64,000 bases of DNA from Polyangiaceae bacterium (GTDB taxonomy: Bacteria > Myxococcota_A > Polyangia > Polyangiales > Polyangiaceae). The stretch's first letter is position 1; every line of letters begins with the position of its first letter. Shown here piece by piece: positions 31,855 through 41,351 of this stretch. The position numbers were made by a program, and so were the translations under genes. The notes under the pieces were generated by a model. The model was not told the origin of the DNA, ran no database searches, and saw only the letters and a list, made by a program, of their open reading frames with translations. The stretch spans positions 352,001 to 416,000 of the forward strand of contig JAPSGB010000003.1 of the NCBI GenBank assembly GCA_035063585.1, given 5' to 3'.

Positions 31855-32913
31855 ATGTCCACCACGTCGCGCCGCACGTTCCTCGAGGGCGCGGGGGCGT
31901 TCGGGGCCGCGCTCCTCGCCGGCCAGCACGCCCACGCCGAGGTCGACCCCATCACCGCGCTCATCGCGCGCCCGCCCGCAGGGTTCTCGCCCATGGCCGC
32001 GCCCGGCAAGGTGGTGAAGGTGACCAAGAGCGGCGATTTCGCGTCGCTCATGCAGCCGAATCAGCTCTGGCCCAAGCCGGAGGTGGCGCGCCACATGCTC
32101 GAGAAGGGCCTCACCGCCTTCACGGGCGCGCCCAACGTCGTCGAGGCGATGAAGAAGTTCATTCACAAGGACGACGTCGTCGCGATCAAGGTGAACGGCA
32201 TTGCGCTCGACACCCTCGCGACCAACTTCGAGGTCGTCCTGCCGGTCGTGGAGGCGGTCCTCGGGGTCGGCGTGCCCGCCGACAAGATCACCGTGTACGA
32301 GCAGTACCCGACCTTCCTCTGGGGTACCCGCGTCGGCAAGAAGGGCTACGTGCTCCCTGCTGGCGTAAAGACGGCGACCCACAACAACGCCAACCACCCG
32401 ATGCCCGACATCCGCGTCTATCAGGGCATCAAGACGCGCTATTCGCGGTTTTTGACCGAGGCGACCGCGGTCATCAACATCAGCATGATCAAGCATCACT
32501 CGATCTGCGGGTACACCGGGCTCATGAAGAACATGACGCACGGGAACGTGAACAACCCGGAAGATCACCACGCGCACGCGGCGAGCCCGCAGATCGCCAT
32601 GCTCTACAACCACCCGATCGTGACCAGCCGCCAGCGCCTCAACATCACTGACGGCTTCAAGGTGAAGTACGATCTCGGCCCGCTCGACAAGCAGCCGGCG
32701 ACCAAGACGCCGCACGGCGCGATCTACGTCTCTACCGATCCGGTCGCGATGGACAGCCTCGGCTGGAAGATCGTCGACGACGAGCGCAAGGAGCGCAAAC
32801 TCAAGCTGCTCAGCCAGCTCCAGAACGCGCCGCGCTACATCGAGACGGCCGCCGAGCTCGGCCTCGGCGTCCGCGATCTGAACCAGATCCGACTGCAGAC
32901 CGTGGAGGCGTGA
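31855..32913 (+). CDS. DUF362-family protein with Tat signal
   Basis: SRRTFL twin-arginine motif; DVVAIKVN, KHHSICGYTGLMKN and STDPVAMD. Confidence 0.8.
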   Translation: MSTTSRRTFLEGAGAFGAALLAGQHAHAEVDPITALIARPPAGFSPMAAPGKVVKVTKSGDFASLMQPNQLWPKPEVARHMLEKGLTAFTGAPNVVEAMKKFIHKDDVVAIKVNGIALDTLATNFEVVLPVVEAVLGVGVPADKITVYEQYPTFLWGTRVGKKGYVLPAGVKTATHNNANHPMPDIRVYQGIKTRYSRFLTEATAVINISMIKHHSICGYTGLMKNMTHGNVNNPEDHHAHAASPQIAMLYNHPIVTSRQRLNITDGFKVKYDLGPLDKQPATKTPHGAIYVSTDPVAMDSLGWKIVDDERKERKLKLLSQLQNAPRYIETAAELGLGVRDLNQIRLQTVEA

Positions 32914-33031
32914 GGCGCGCGGGCGCGCCGATTTCCGCGCCGCCCGGCCGCCGGCCCCGCCGAGGCAGCAAAAAACCAAGGGAGTACAGAGGGTTACTCT
33001 TGTGGCTCGGGTGGTTGTAAACTAGCCGGGC

Positions 33032-33757
33032 GTGGCACGTCGAACGGACATGACCGGGCGATGGCTCCTCCTCGCGGCGCTCGGGGCGGCGGCGTGCGCG
33101 CCCGCGGCGATGCAGCAACCGGCGGGCGCCCCCGCGAGCCCCGGGAAGATCGGCGGGGCGAGGCCGGCCAAGGCGCCCTCGCCGGGCCGGCCGGCGGACG
33201 AGCGAGCGGCCGCGCTCATGCCGCTGCTCGAGGCGCCGTGGGGCTGGCGTGACGACAAGGATGGGCAACTCCGCGCGCCGCTGCCCGACTGGGAGCGCTG
33301 GACGCGAGTGCGCTTCTGGGGCGTCGAGCACTTCACGGGCTTTCGCTACGGTGACGACCACCGCGCGCTCGCGATCGTGCTGGTGCAGGAGGTGCCGGAG
33401 GGCACGCCCACCGACAGTCGCTCGTGCATGCGGCGCTTCGAGGCCTGGGCGCGCCCGAAGGCGAAGGCGTTCGGCGTCGAGCTCGGCCCCATCGGGCAGC
33501 GCGATGCGCGCTGGCAAGACGACGCGCTCTCGGTCGAGTACGTCGACGGCGCGGTGGACTTCATGTTCGAGCACCGGGAGTTCTCGGCGGCGTGGGCGAC
33601 GTTCCCGGCCTATCCGGACGCCTGCCTCGTGTACGCGGTGGCGGTGCCCTGGCGAGGGCACGCCGAGCTCGCCCGGCAGATCCGCGATCGCTGGGTCGAC
33701 GAGGGCTTCGGCGGGCTCCGCGCGATGACGCAGAGGGCACCGCACCGGCTGCCGTGA
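33032..33757 (+). CDS. Hypothetical lipoprotein
   Basis: GAAAC lipobox; Trp-rich globular domain; TAAACT lies 8 nt before the GTG. Confidence 0.65.
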   Translation: MARRTDMTGRWLLLAALGAAACAPAAMQQPAGAPASPGKIGGARPAKAPSPGRPADERAAALMPLLEAPWGWRDDKDGQLRAPLPDWERWTRVRFWGVEHFTGFRYGDDHRALAIVLVQEVPEGTPTDSRSCMRRFEAWARPKAKAFGVELGPIGQRDARWQDDALSVEYVDGAVDFMFEHREFSAAWATFPAYPDACLVYAVAVPWRGHAELARQIRDRWVDEGFGGLRAMTQRAPHRLP

Positions 33758-33784
33758 GCGCGCGCTCGGCGCGAGCCAGGGCGT

Positions 33785-34045
33785 TCAGCTCGCCCCGAGC
33801 GCGCCCAGGATCCGGGCTACCGCGTACACGCACACCGCGAGGAGCCAGAGCGCGGCGCGCACCCGCATGCCCTCCTCGAGCCCCCACCAGGGGGCGAGCG
33901 GCGGCACCACCAGCGCGACCGGGCCTCGCCACCAGGGCTTGCGCCAGCTGAGGCCGTAGGCGAGCGCGACGTGCACGGTGACCAGCAAGGCGAAGGAGCC
34001 CGCCAACGTGAGCATCGCGACGACGTCCATGGCCTCGCGGGCCAT
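33785..34045 (-). CDS. Small hypothetical membrane protein
   Basis: C-terminal 86 aa of ORF 33785-35983 (FALLVTVHVALAYGL...WWRGPVALVVPPLAPWWG); fills the gap between its neighbours. Confidence 0.6.
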   Translation of the reverse strand: MAREAMDVVAMLTLAGSFALLVTVHVALAYGLSWRKPWWRGPVALVVPPLAPWWGLEEGMRVRAALWLLAVCVYAVARILGALGAS

Positions 34046-34264
34046 CCTATAGTCGCGGGAAGCGGCGGGCCCCACTGGAATTCGGCCCGCGTCGCGACCG
34101 CGGAGGTCCTTTCGGTGAAGCGTGACCGCTCCCCGAGGAGCCGCGGGGCCCTGGGCGGCCGCGCGCCGCGCCCTCGGGTGGGGCCTCGCCGCCCCGGGGG
34201 CCGGCGCGCCCGGCGTGAGGCTTCTGGACGCCGCCACCCGGGCCGCTGCTAGACTCGCGTCACT

Positions 34265-36148
34265 GTGCGCTCGTCTCCTCTGATCATCGCTGCTGCGCTG
34301 GGCGGCCTGCTCGCTCCACTGCCGCTCCTCCTCGGCTCGGCGCAGGCCGATGACGGTATCGCCGCTCGCCCCGACGTGCTCTCCGTCGACCAGCTCGCGC
34401 CGGGCATGAAGGGCTATGGGCTCACCGTGTTCGAGGGGACCACGCCGGACAAGTTCGAGGTCGAGATCATCGGCGTGCTGAAGAACTTTCAGCCGCGCCA
34501 GGATCTCATCCTGATAAAGACCAAGCACCCGCGCCTCGACGCCGCCAAGGTGGTCGCGGGGATGAGCGGCAGCCCCATCTATATCGGCGGCAAGATGATC
34601 GGGGCCTACGCCTACGGCTGGACCTTCGGGAGCGAGCCGGTGGCCGGCGTGACTCCGATCCGCAACATGCTCGACGAGCTCGCGCGTCCGCTGCCGAAGT
34701 GGATCAACGGCTGGCCGCTCGGGGTGCCCTCGGCGAAGCCCGGCGCGAAGCAGGCGAAGGCGGGCGTCGATGGCGGGCTCCGCTACGCCGGTCGCATCGA
34801 TCGCTATGACCTCGAGGCGCACGCGCGCGAGGTCGCGCGCGGGCGGAGCGTGACGCTCCCCGGCGCGAAGAGCCCGCTCACGCCGGTCGCGACGCCGCTC
34901 CTGGTCGGCGGACTCTCGGGCAGCGCGCTCGGCGTGGCGGAGCGCTTGCTCGCGCCGCTCGGCCTCGAGCCGGTGCAGGCCGGCGGGGGGAGCGGCGCGG
35001 CCGAGGCGGGAGCGCCGCCCAGCTACGTCGACGGCGGCGCGATCGGGGTGGAGCTCATCTCGGGCGACGTGAGCGCGATGGGCCTCGGGACGGTCACCCG
35101 CGTCGAGGGCAACCGGCTGGTCGCCTTCGGACACCCGATGATGCAGTCCGGCGTGACCGCGCTGCCGACGAGCGTCGGCAAGGTGCTCTGGTTCCTCGCG
35201 AGCGACATGCGCTCGTTCAAGATCGGCTACGGGGTGCGGCCGCTCGGGGCGCTCGTGAACGACCGTCAGGCGGCGATCGTGGTCGACTCGAACCAGAAGG
35301 CGCCGGTCATCCCGGTGACGATGAAGGTGAAGGGCGCCGAGGGCGCCCCGTTCACGACCTGGAGCTTCAAGGTCGCGCACGAGAAGTTCATGACGCCCTC
35401 CTTCATGGCCATCGCGCTCGGTAACGCGCTCCAGGCGACCGCGGCCGAGCGGCAGGACGTGAGCTGGATGGCCAAGAGTCACCTCGTCATCCAGGGGCAC
35501 GGCGCGCTCGACCTCGAGGATTTCGGGGTCGCGGTGGGCGGGACCCCGGAGGCGGGCGACTTCATACGCTCGAACCTGGTCCGCGCCGTCGGCGGCCTGA
35601 TGAACAACTCCTTCGCGCCGCTCATCATCGAGCGGGCCGACATGACCATCGAGCTCCGCTACGCGCGCGACATCCTCCGACTGCGTGGCGCGGAGTTGCT
35701 CGAGCCCGAGGTGGAGGCCGGGAAATCGGCGCGGCTCCGGCTCACCTTGGTCCCGTACGCGGGCGCGGCGATCCAGAAGATCGTGTCGGTGCCGATCCCG
35801 CGTCACCTCGCCGGCCAGACGGTGACCCTCGAGCTTGCGCCCGGCTACACCAAGCCGCTCGACGTGGCGGCACCCGAGACGCTCGAGGCGCTCATCCGGA
35901 ACCTCGAGAGCTCGACCTACCCGCCGAAATCTCTGGTCGTGTCGTACGCGGCCGGCGCCGGCGCCCTCGCCTATAACGGTCACGTCGCGCGCGATCTGCC
36001 CCCCGGCGCGTTCGACGCGCTGCGCCCGACCTCATCGTCGGTCGCCCCCGAGGCCTTCCGCTCGGAGACCCGCCTGGTCGTCCCGCTCCCCGAGTTCATG
36101 ACCGGCCAGGACACGGTGGTCCTGACCGTGAAGCCCGTCCTGCGATGA
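34265..36148 (+). CDS. SpoIVB/peptidase S55-domain secreted protein
   Basis: Signal peptide; GMKGYGLTVFEG, VVAGMSGSPIYIGGKMIGA (S55 serine motif), GTVT and AFGHP. Confidence 0.85.
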   Translation: MRSSPLIIAAALGGLLAPLPLLLGSAQADDGIAARPDVLSVDQLAPGMKGYGLTVFEGTTPDKFEVEIIGVLKNFQPRQDLILIKTKHPRLDAAKVVAGMSGSPIYIGGKMIGAYAYGWTFGSEPVAGVTPIRNMLDELARPLPKWINGWPLGVPSAKPGAKQAKAGVDGGLRYAGRIDRYDLEAHAREVARGRSVTLPGAKSPLTPVATPLLVGGLSGSALGVAERLLAPLGLEPVQAGGGSGAAEAGAPPSYVDGGAIGVELISGDVSAMGLGTVTRVEGNRLVAFGHPMMQSGVTALPTSVGKVLWFLASDMRSFKIGYGVRPLGALVNDRQAAIVVDSNQKAPVIPVTMKVKGAEGAPFTTWSFKVAHEKFMTPSFMAIALGNALQATAAERQDVSWMAKSHLVIQGHGALDLEDFGVAVGGTPEAGDFIRSNLVRAVGGLMNNSFAPLIIERADMTIELRYARDILRLRGAELLEPEVEAGKSARLRLTLVPYAGAAIQKIVSVPIPRHLAGQTVTLELAPGYTKPLDVAAPETLEALIRNLESSTYPPKSLVVSYAAGAGALAYNGHVARDLPPGAFDALRPTSSSVAPEAFRSETRLVVPLPEFMTGQDTVVLTVKPVLR

Positions 36149-38268
36149 GTCGCGCCACCTCCCCGTTCGATGATGCTCGCTTCGACGTTTCCCGAAGGAT
36201 GCTCCCCGTGACCCAGAAACGAACTGTTCGCGTTACCGCTGTCGTCCTCTCCGCGCTGGTTCTCGTCCTCGCCGCCACCGAGGCGCCGGCGGTCGGGACG
36301 CGACGTTTCACGCTGGAGAGCGGAGAGGATTTCAAGGGCGGCGACCTCAAGGGCGTCGCGGTCGACTCCATCGGCCGCGTCCGCGCCGGCTTCAACCTCG
36401 GCGCCGTCCCGGTCTCGCAAGGGGTGTCGATCTGGAGCATCCTGCCGCTCGCGGACGGCTCGCTCCTGCTCGGTACCGGTAACGAAGGCAAGCTCCTCTC
36501 CTACAAGGGCGGCGCCGTCAGCGAACTCGCCGCGACCGGCGCGCTCGCCGTCACTTCGATGACCGAGGCGTGGGGTGGGGCGGCCGTCCTCGGCACGCTG
36601 CCCGACAGCAAGCTGATGAAGTGGGCGGGAGGCAAGCTGAGCGAGCTTTCCACACTGAAAGGAGCGGAGCACATCTGGCAGGTCGCCTTCGACAAGAAGT
36701 CGAACGCCGTCTTCGCCGCCACCGGTCCCGAGGGAAAGCTCTTTCGCGTCGAGGCGAACGGCACCGCGCAGGTCTACTTCGACGCCGAGGAGCAGCACCT
36801 CATGAGCGTCGCGGTCGCGCCGGACGGCACCGTCTACGCGGGCGCGAGCGACAAGGCCAAGCTCTACAAGATCACCGGGCCCGGGCGCGCGAGCGTCCTC
36901 TATGATTTCGGGCGCACCGAGGTGCGCGCGATCGTGGTGGGCAAGCAGGGAGAGGTATTCGCCATCGCCAATGAGCTCTCGACCGGCAGCTATGTGCCGA
37001 CTCGCGGTGGGCGGGGCGCGCCGGCCGAGGCCAGCCCCGCGCCGTCGGTGCCGAAGACCAAGGGCAAGGGCACGCTCTACCAGTTCTCTCCGGACGGCAC
37101 CCCGGACCAGCTCCTCGACGACAAGGACGAGCACTACACGAGCCTCGCGCTCGGCGAGGACGCGCGCCCGTACGTCGGCACCGGCGTCGAGGGGCGCGTC
37201 TATACGGTGGACGACGCTCACAACGCCGTGTTGGTCGCCGACACCGACGAGCGGCAGGTGTCAGCGCTCCTACTCTCGGGCAAAGCGCAGTTCGTGGCGA
37301 GCAGCGATCCGGCCGTGCTCCACCCGGTGCGCGGGATCGGCGGCGCGGACGCGGTGTGGACCAGCAAGGTGTTCGACGCCGGCATCCGAGCCCGCTTCGG
37401 CAGGATGAGCTGGGTGGCGACCGGGCCGCTCGAGCTCTCGACGCGCAGCGGCAACACCAAGGAACCGGACGACACGTGGAGCCCGTGGAGCCCGCCCATC
37501 GCGGCGCCCGCCAAGCTCGCGAGCCCCCCCGGCCGATTCCTCCAGATCCGCGCGCGCTGGAGCAAGAGCAAGGACGCGGTCTTGAGCGAGCTCACGGTGC
37601 CGTTCCTCACCGACAACCTGCGCGCGACCGTGACCTCGATCGACGTGAGCGTGGGTGGCGCGTCGAAATCGAGCGGCTCTTCGGGCGGCGTGAGCGCCTC
37701 GGGCGGCCCGATCTCGAAGGGGAACGACAGCAAACTCTCGCTCTCGTGGAAGGTCGACAACCCGGACAGCGACGAGCTGAGGTACTCGGTCGAGTATCGG
37801 ATGCTCGGCTCCGAGCACTGGTTCTCGGCGCTCAAGCCCGGCGAGCGCCTCACCGCGTCGACCTACTCGTGGGACACCAAGGACCTGCCCGAGGGTCGCT
37901 ATCGCGTGCGGATCACCGCGAGCGACGACATCTCGAACCCGCCCGGGACGGCCAAGCAGCATCAGCTCGAGAGCGGGGTCGTGATCATCGACAACACGCC
38001 GCCCACCATCGAGGGCCTGAAGGCGAACGGACGTCGCGTGGCCGGCACGGTGGTCGACGGGGTGGGCCCCGTCCAGCGCGTCGAGATCGCCGTGGCGGGC
38101 ACCGACGACTGGGTGCCGTTCTTCCCGAAGGACGGCATCTTCGACGACCAGCGGGAGGAGTTCGACGCCGACGTGTCCTCGCTCTCCCCGTCTGGGACGG
38201 CGCTCCTCAGCGTGCGGGCGTATGACGGCGCCGGCAACTTCGTGGTCCGGAACCTGCTGCTCAAGTAG
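36145..38268 (+). CDS. Secreted beta-propeller protein with C-terminal Ig/Fn3-like domains
   Basis: Signal peptide; repeated GTGNEGKL/ATGPEGKLF/GTGVEGRVY blades; DNTPP and VRAYDGAGN Ig-like ends. The start may be 36199. Confidence 0.75.
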   Translation: MSRATSPFDDARFDVSRRMLPVTQKRTVRVTAVVLSALVLVLAATEAPAVGTRRFTLESGEDFKGGDLKGVAVDSIGRVRAGFNLGAVPVSQGVSIWSILPLADGSLLLGTGNEGKLLSYKGGAVSELAATGALAVTSMTEAWGGAAVLGTLPDSKLMKWAGGKLSELSTLKGAEHIWQVAFDKKSNAVFAATGPEGKLFRVEANGTAQVYFDAEEQHLMSVAVAPDGTVYAGASDKAKLYKITGPGRASVLYDFGRTEVRAIVVGKQGEVFAIANELSTGSYVPTRGGRGAPAEASPAPSVPKTKGKGTLYQFSPDGTPDQLLDDKDEHYTSLALGEDARPYVGTGVEGRVYTVDDAHNAVLVADTDERQVSALLLSGKAQFVASSDPAVLHPVRGIGGADAVWTSKVFDAGIRARFGRMSWVATGPLELSTRSGNTKEPDDTWSPWSPPIAAPAKLASPPGRFLQIRARWSKSKDAVLSELTVPFLTDNLRATVTSIDVSVGGASKSSGSSGGVSASGGPISKGNDSKLSLSWKVDNPDSDELRYSVEYRMLGSEHWFSALKPGERLTASTYSWDTKDLPEGRYRVRITASDDISNPPGTAKQHQLESGVVIIDNTPPTIEGLKANGRRVAGTVVDGVGPVQRVEIAVAGTDDWVPFFPKDGIFDDQREEFDADVSSLSPSGTALLSVRAYDGAGNFVVRNLLLK

Positions 38269-38349
38269 CCGCGCGACCGCGACACGGCTGCCACGGTCAC
38301 GAGCCGAAGGGCCGCGCGGAACCGGCCGAATCCGTGAGGTTTTTCCGAG

Positions 38350-38365
38350 CGGCACGGGGCGTGCT
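38350..38365 (+). promoter_or_regulatory. Possible sigma54 promoter
   Basis: CGGCACGGGGCGTGCT with GG-N10-GC spacing, upstream of the Cys-rich lipoprotein. Confidence 0.35.
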
Positions 38366-38387
38366 TCGAGGGTCGTGCTAGGTTTCG

Positions 38388-39401
38388 ATGTCCGCCCTTC
38401 CGACGATGACACGCTTGGCCCGCATGGTGAGAGGCTCGCTCCCGCTCGCGTGGGTTGCCTTGGCGCTCGTGAGCGCGTGCGGCGACGCCGACGAGTCGGG
38501 GCTCGCCGGCAGCTCGACCTGCTTCGGGCCCCAGTGCGTGGCCGCCGACGCCGGTGATCGCGACAGCTACGTGGTCGACACCGGCTCGCCCGAAGGCGGG
38601 ATGGGGATGGAAGGGGGGCTCGGGGCGCTGAGCCCGCTCTGCGGCACCGGGTGTCTCCCGGACGATCCCGCGGCGTGCGCCGAGTCGGCTCCCGAGGCCG
38701 GCCTCGCGATGGACGGTGGGGCCCATGACGCGGGCGGAGACGCCGCCGATGACGCGGCGGACGCCGGCTCGGCGCCGGGTGATGACGGCGCGGAGCCCCG
38801 TCCCGCGCCGCCCGTCTACGGCTGCCGCGTGCAGAGCGTCAGCGGGTCGTTGGCGGGCGTGTGTGAACCTGCGGGCGCCGGGCTCGCCGACGCGCCCTGC
38901 GCGACGAGCGCCGACTGCGCGCCCGGCTTCGGGTGCGTGGGCGCGGGCGCCGCGGGCCAGTGCCGGGCGTTCTGCTGCGCGGGCGAGTGCGACACGGGCG
39001 CGGGGGAGTTCTGCGCCGAGCGCCCGCTCCGCGGCGCGCCCGACCCGAGCGCGGGCGCGCTGCGCGTGCCCGTGTGCGTCCCGGCGGACCACTGCAACCT
39101 CGCCGAACCCTACCCGTGCGTGGCGGCGAGCGCCGAGGGCTGCACTTGCAGCGATCCGGCGACCGCGTGCATGGTCGTGGGCACCGGCACCACCGCCTGC
39201 GTGCCGCCGGGCACCGGCAAGGTCGGAGAGCCGTGCCCATGCGCGTGGGGTGAGGTCTGCTCGCGGGCCACCGGCACGTGCCTGCAGATCTGCTCCCTCA
39301 CGCTCTCGGACTCCGGCTGCGGCGCCGGCAAGTGTCAGTCGTCGAAGGAGCTCCCGGGCGGCTTCGGGGTCTGCGTGGGCGGCGCCGGTGACGCCGGCTG
39401 A
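38388..39401 (+). CDS. Cys-rich hypothetical lipoprotein
   Basis: LVSAC lipobox and many Cys in small disulfide modules. The start could be 38406 or 38424. Confidence 0.7.
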   Translation: MSALPTMTRLARMVRGSLPLAWVALALVSACGDADESGLAGSSTCFGPQCVAADAGDRDSYVVDTGSPEGGMGMEGGLGALSPLCGTGCLPDDPAACAESAPEAGLAMDGGAHDAGGDAADDAADAGSAPGDDGAEPRPAPPVYGCRVQSVSGSLAGVCEPAGAGLADAPCATSADCAPGFGCVGAGAAGQCRAFCCAGECDTGAGEFCAERPLRGAPDPSAGALRVPVCVPADHCNLAEPYPCVAASAEGCTCSDPATACMVVGTGTTACVPPGTGKVGEPCPCAWGEVCSRATGTCLQICSLTLSDSGCGAGKCQSSKELPGGFGVCVGGAGDAG

Positions 39402-40357
39402 GGGGTCTCGAGGGGGGTTGGCTCGGCGCGAGGCAGCGCGCGGGGCGCCGGCGCGTGGCGGCGCGGGGCGCGCTCGAGCTGCGTGTTGAGCTCGGCGCCG
39501 AGCAGCAGCGCCGCGCACCAGATCCAGAGCCACGCCATCGCGATCGCCACGGCCGCGAGGCTCCCGTAGAAGAGCGCGTAGCGCGCGAGCGTGCTCACAT
39601 AGTAGCCGAACGCGTAGCTCGCGAGGCCGCCGAGCGCCACGCTCAGCGTAGCCCCCGGCCACACGCGCCGCTCTACGCCGGGGAACACCACCGCGATGCG
39701 GAAGAACCCCGCCAGGAGCACGACCGCTGCGGCGACCATGACCAGCGCGGCGAGGTAGCTCGAGGCGCCGACCATGATCTCCGAGCGCCCGTGGGTGACG
39801 AGCTCGAAGATGCGAGCCGGCCCCCCCGACACCAGCAGCGCGACGTAGCTGGTCGCGCCGACGCCGGCGATCGACGCCACCACGCAGCCGAGCGCGAGCA
39901 ACCGCTTCTTCCACCAGGGACGTCGGTGCGCCTCGAGCGAGATCTCGAACACCCGCATGAAGGTGTGGAACGCCGACGAGCTCAGCCAGAGCGAGCCCAG
40001 CACGGCCAACGGCGCCACCGCGCCGTGGAGCCGACCGAGGCTGCGGTTCATGATGGCGCGCACGGCGGCGGGGCTCTGATCGACCACCGCGGACACCGCA
40101 CCGAGCGCCGAGGGGCTCTCGCGGACCAGAGTGGCCGACGCCCAACCCGCGAGCGCGACCATGGGGATGGTGGCGAGGAACAGATCGAACGCCATCGTGC
40201 TCGCCGCCTGCGCGAGGTGATGGCGTCGATAGCCCTGCACGAGCGAGTACAGCCCGCGCCGGATCGGGCCGCGGTCGAAGTACGCCTCGACCTGCTGCTC
40301 GGCGCGCGCGCTCGCGGAGCGCGCGCGCGCCGGGAAGGTTCGGGCCTTGTCGAGCAT
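39335..40357 (-). CDS. YihY/virulence factor BrkB family membrane protein
   Basis: AASTMAFDLFLATIP, RRPWWKKRL, VWPGA and FYGSLAAV...LLGAELN. Confidence 0.88.
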   Translation of the reverse strand: MLDKARTFPARARSASARAEQQVEAYFDRGPIRRGLYSLVQGYRRHHLAQAASTMAFDLFLATIPMVALAGWASATLVRESPSALGAVSAVVDQSPAAVRAIMNRSLGRLHGAVAPLAVLGSLWLSSSAFHTFMRVFEISLEAHRRPWWKKRLLALGCVVASIAGVGATSYVALLVSGGPARIFELVTHGRSEIMVGASSYLAALVMVAAAVVLLAGFFRIAVVFPGVERRVWPGATLSVALGGLASYAFGYYVSTLARYALFYGSLAAVAIAMAWLWIWCAALLLGAELNTQLERAPRRHAPAPRALPRAEPTPLETPQPASPAPPTQTPKPPGSSFDD

Positions 40358-40383
40358 CCGGGGGACGATGCTATACGGGTCGG

Positions 40384-40800
40384 GTGACGCTTCACCAGCA
40401 GACGATCGTGATTGGGACGACCGGACCGGGGCTCGTCGACATCACGCGGCGGGTTGCGGAGGTGGTCGGAGCCAGCCGGGTCGAGACTGGGCTCGCCACC
40501 GTGTTCGTCCAGCACACCTCGGCGAGCCTCGTGATCCAAGAGAACGCCGATCCGGCCGTGCTCCGCGATCTCGCCCGCTGGATGGCCGAGCTCGCCCCCG
40601 AGTCGCGGCGCTGGGAGCACGATGCGGAGGGGCCCGACGACATGCCGGCCCATGCCCGCGCCGCGGTCACCCGCTCGAGCGAGCACATCCCGGTGACCGG
40701 CGGGCGTCTGGCGCTCGGGGCGTGGCAGGGCATCTTTCTCTGGGAGCATCGCGGCCGCGCTCATGAGCGGAGCGTGGTGGTGCACGTCGCGGGGGAGTGA
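40384..40800 (+). CDS. yjbQ: YjbQ/UPF0047 family protein
   Basis: HTSASLVIQENADP, HDAEGPDDMPAH and LGAWQGIFLWEH. Confidence 0.92.
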   Translation: MTLHQQTIVIGTTGPGLVDITRRVAEVVGASRVETGLATVFVQHTSASLVIQENADPAVLRDLARWMAELAPESRRWEHDAEGPDDMPAHARAAVTRSSEHIPVTGGRLALGAWQGIFLWEHRGRAHERSVVVHVAGE

Positions 40801-41312
40801 TGGCGGAGCTCGTGCCCCCCTGCGCCTTCGACGAGGCCTTCCTCGCCGATCTGCCTTACGACCCCTCGGTGCTCCTCTTCGATCGTGTGCTCGAGCTCGA
40901 CGCGAGCGCGAGTCGCGTCCGGTGCCGGATGCCGACCGACGTGCCGCTGCCCTTCACCGATCAGCAGCGCGCGCACCCCGTCCGCCACCCGCGCCACGTC
41001 GCGGGCGCGGTGATGGTTCACGCGACCGGGATGCTCGGCTTCGTGCACGCGTATTACCTGCTCGGGCTCCGTCATCACGAGGGTTGGGTCGGCTATGGCG
41101 CGTCGATGCACGACGTCTCGTTTCGCCAACTCGTGTCACCGGGCGCGCCCATCGAGGCGACCTGCGTCGCGACCAAGCTTCGGCTCGGACGCACCCGTCA
41201 CGTGGTGCGCTACGCGTTCACCTTCGTTCACGAGGGCAAGGTCTGCTACGAGGGCGCTCAGAGCGCGTTCTGGCTCAAGGTAGACGCCGCCGCGCCGCCG
41301 CGCGAGCGCTAG
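40800..41312 (+). CDS. Hotdog-fold (FabZ-like) protein
   Basis: LPYDPSVLLFDRVLELD, VSFRQLVSPG and a C-terminal GKVCYEG strand pattern; TGATG coupling to yjbQ. Confidence 0.65.
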   Translation: MAELVPPCAFDEAFLADLPYDPSVLLFDRVLELDASASRVRCRMPTDVPLPFTDQQRAHPVRHPRHVAGAVMVHATGMLGFVHAYYLLGLRHHEGWVGYGASMHDVSFRQLVSPGAPIEATCVATKLRLGRTRHVVRYAFTFVHEGKVCYEGAQSAFWLKVDAAAPPRER

Positions 41313-41351
41313 CGCGCGAGCGCGCGTCGATCCAAGCTCTCAGCTACTGAA

